Assembly: GCF_902652985.1 (NCBI RefSeq)
Contig: NC_047028.1
Location: 11,284,001 to 11,348,000 of the forward strand
Direction: 5' to 3'
Source of the DNA: Pecten maximus
Taxonomy: Eukaryota
Length of the DNA stretch: 64,000 bases
Part shown: piece by piece, positions 63,866 to 64,000 of the stretch
Layout: each line of letters opens with the position of its first letter
Position numbering within the stretch: the first letter of the stretch is position 1
Program-made: the position numbers and the translations under genes
Notes under the pieces: generated by a model
Seen by the model: only the letters and a program-made list of their open reading frames with translations
Database searches by the model: none
Told to the model about the DNA's origin: nothing

Positions 63866-64000
63866 CTGAAATGAGACATCTCCCTGTCAGTTACTTTCAA
63901 TACTGAACGTGAGTGAAGTTATACAACGATAGTTTTGGCAGTGATTAGATGATATGCACTATAAGGTAATAATGCCAGATATAGTGGTAAAATATATACT

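Overview
AT-rich eukaryotic DNA, most likely a bivalve mollusc and probably a scallop. This is inferred from the V/Meta/CORE SINEs, the CR1 3' end, the GT31 and SLC5 gene types and the very high minisatellite load. Two genes are solid, both on the minus strand. (1) A single-coding-exon brainiac-like GT31 beta-1,3-glycosyltransferase (13324-11699) with an unusual second, C-terminal hydrophobic segment. (2) The last 15 exons of an SLC5A8/SMVT-type sodium:solute symporter (63865-47258, 495 aa in window, 5' end outside). Mobile DNA includes a 5'-truncated CR1-type LINE with an 8-bp TSD, a decayed Tc1, tRNA-derived SINEs, MITEs and palindrome-headed elements. About 23 kb (~35%) is tandem repeat in ~15 unrelated arrays. 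The most notable signal is the 4.8-kb 57-bp satellite, which collapses to a textbook 80-nt intron (GTAAGG donor, CTGAC branch point, TTAG acceptor) of an apparently unannotated plus-strand small-exon transcript. Two other arrays also start at, or copy, 5' splice sites. The long ORFs inside satellites are artefacts, and 34.8-36.3 kb looks like low-quality consensus.
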